Positions 62,361 through 64,000 of a stretch of 64,000 bases of DNA are shown piece by piece. A program made the position numbers and the translations under genes. This DNA comes from Acanthaster planci (Eukaryota): contig NW_019091357.1 in assembly GCF_001949145.1 (NCBI RefSeq), forward strand, positions 3,014,859 to 3,078,858, read 5' to 3'. Numbering within the stretch: the stretch's first letter is position 1; the number at the start of each line of letters is the position of its first letter. The notes beneath the pieces are model-generated. The model was given only the letters and a program-made list of their open reading frames with translations. It was not told the DNA's origin and made no database searches.

Positions 62361-64000
62361 TCTATTCGCCCGAACTCGAATTATCCCATTTTTTTTTCAT
62401 TTTGTCATGGAAGAAGATTGTAAGTATACTTTGAGTAGCATTTTAAATTAATAGTTCTTCTTTCTGTTGTATGAAATGCCCCAATCTATTAAACATTTCT
62501 TAAGTGTTCCGCTGACATGCGTTGAATGCAAATTGCGGCAAGGCGGTCATACCTTTGTCGGAGGTAAACTTGCGGCAACCTCTCAGTGATGCAATGTATT
62601 GCGAATCGCCCCAACTGAAATTCTAAGGCCGATTATGTAACTTAAGCAGAACTATTTCTAACACATGGTTATTCAGAAATATGAAATCACCAATGTAAAG
62701 CGTGGATTTGACATTTGTAACTAATGCAAAGGTATACCCTTGAAGCAGTGCTGTTTTAATCCCTGAAAAAAAGCACCTTGTGAAGTTTGAGAACATCACT
62801 GTTATGTTAATGAGCTGTTTTCGTCAAATCAGTTTCTTTTTCCAGTACTTTATCAATCAACGACTGTTTGATGTGTCGATTGTTCCCAACATTGGTTTTT
62901 AACAAAGCCGCACGGCAGGTGAAAAAGTATATGTTTTTGTAAACACGAGGAAGGAACATTTACTGTTTGACAAGTAAAGGATAAGTGTGAAATTTTCGTT
63001 TCAGTTCAGTTCAGTTGTTGATTGCAATGGGGATATGGAAATAATAACGGGATTAAAAACTTTCGCTTTGCAATCGCTATATTTTTCTCTCCTTGAAAGT
63101 CTGTATTATACTTATGTTTCCCAGGAAAAGTTTACACACTGATCTTTTCCTAATATAAATACAATAGCTCACCATATAATAAACATTCGGTACAATTGGT
63201 CGGTATATTGTAACACCAATGCCCATTCAGTTTCTAACGTAAAGAATGGATCATTTGAGTCCAAAAGTCCAACCGGAACAGTTCCCGGTTATTCTTTGGA
63301 GGGAAGTGAGAGGTGACGGCAGGCCACTTCAGTTCACGGTCACGACGAGTTCATCCTAGTCGGTTCCCCATTCGACAATTGACAAGTTATGAGAGACGAT
63401 ATATGAATGGCCCAACATGAGCACAGCAACAGATGTAAAAATCAACCCAATATTACATTGCCCTAAACAATTTTTTTTTAATAAGCTTCATGAAAGTTGT
63501 TGCCTGACATCCGAGGGTGACATTTCGCCCACATTGGCGCGTTCCTCACGCACAAAGCAAGTACGTACGTGTGTACACTCATTTGGAAACTAGCGGACTT
63601 CCGGAACTTGTGATTTTCTTTTCCACATTGAAAACTTTGCCCCTCTTATGCAAACGCAGAAACGTATCTGCTAGAAAGTATAGACTGAGCCGGAACAATA
63701 GATGGCGCCGTGCTCTCTTCTTGTAACAGCCAAGTCGGACAGACAAGCAGTTTGTATGTTATGACACAACTGTCAGGGCATTCACCTGGATACTTTCGTA
63801 TGGGAAAATGGTTCTTGAGAGGAGACTACACCTCATGCCTCGTAAAAGCTTGAGCTTCCCCTATTGAAATATCAGACTTCTCTTTAAAAAAAATATTCCT
63901 CTAGAGCCAAGACTACAGCCTTTATTCGAGTCGGATTTTCCTAGCATTCTGTTGCTGTCCGGCATGGCTTGCGCACTACCGTCATCATCTCCGTTCTGGC

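Noticed and set aside
63860..64000. 3' end of a neighbouring - strand gene
   Set aside because: Only a short open frame at the window edge, with no recognisable motif.
1..64000. CRISPR arrays, operons, rRNA or prokaryotic defence systems
   Set aside because: The sequence is spliced eukaryotic DNA; no regularly spaced direct repeats or rRNA signatures were seen.

Overview
This window is AT-rich, intron-containing animal genomic DNA, not prokaryotic. The GCM domain sequence and repeat content suggest an echinoderm, possibly a sea star (inference). Most short ORFs in the track are noise. Splicing by hand gives three + strand genes. (1) A complete 6-coding-exon glial cells missing gene (gcm, ~809 aa, 5099-16658). 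(2) A 7-exon type I membrane protein (~664 aa, 27598-41577): signal peptide, one MAM domain, Thr/Pro stalk, TM helix and a long disordered tail with 14 Tyr. (3) A ~807 aa single-pass protein (53069-61101) with a very short ectodomain and a ~745 aa disordered tail with 14 Tyr, 12 of them in YxxI/L/V motifs, resembling a transmembrane adaptor. Genes 2 and 3 share an ungapped TM alignment (SIIL...VH), an identical intron position and phase, and several tail motifs, so they look like diverged tandem paralogues. They are a candidate non-catalytic phosphotyrosine receptor/adaptor pair sitting next to gcm. There is also a possible hidden - strand multi-exon gene at 18.8-22.6 kb, several MITE families (one with GCM-site-like termini), tRNA-derived SINEs and LINE remnants.
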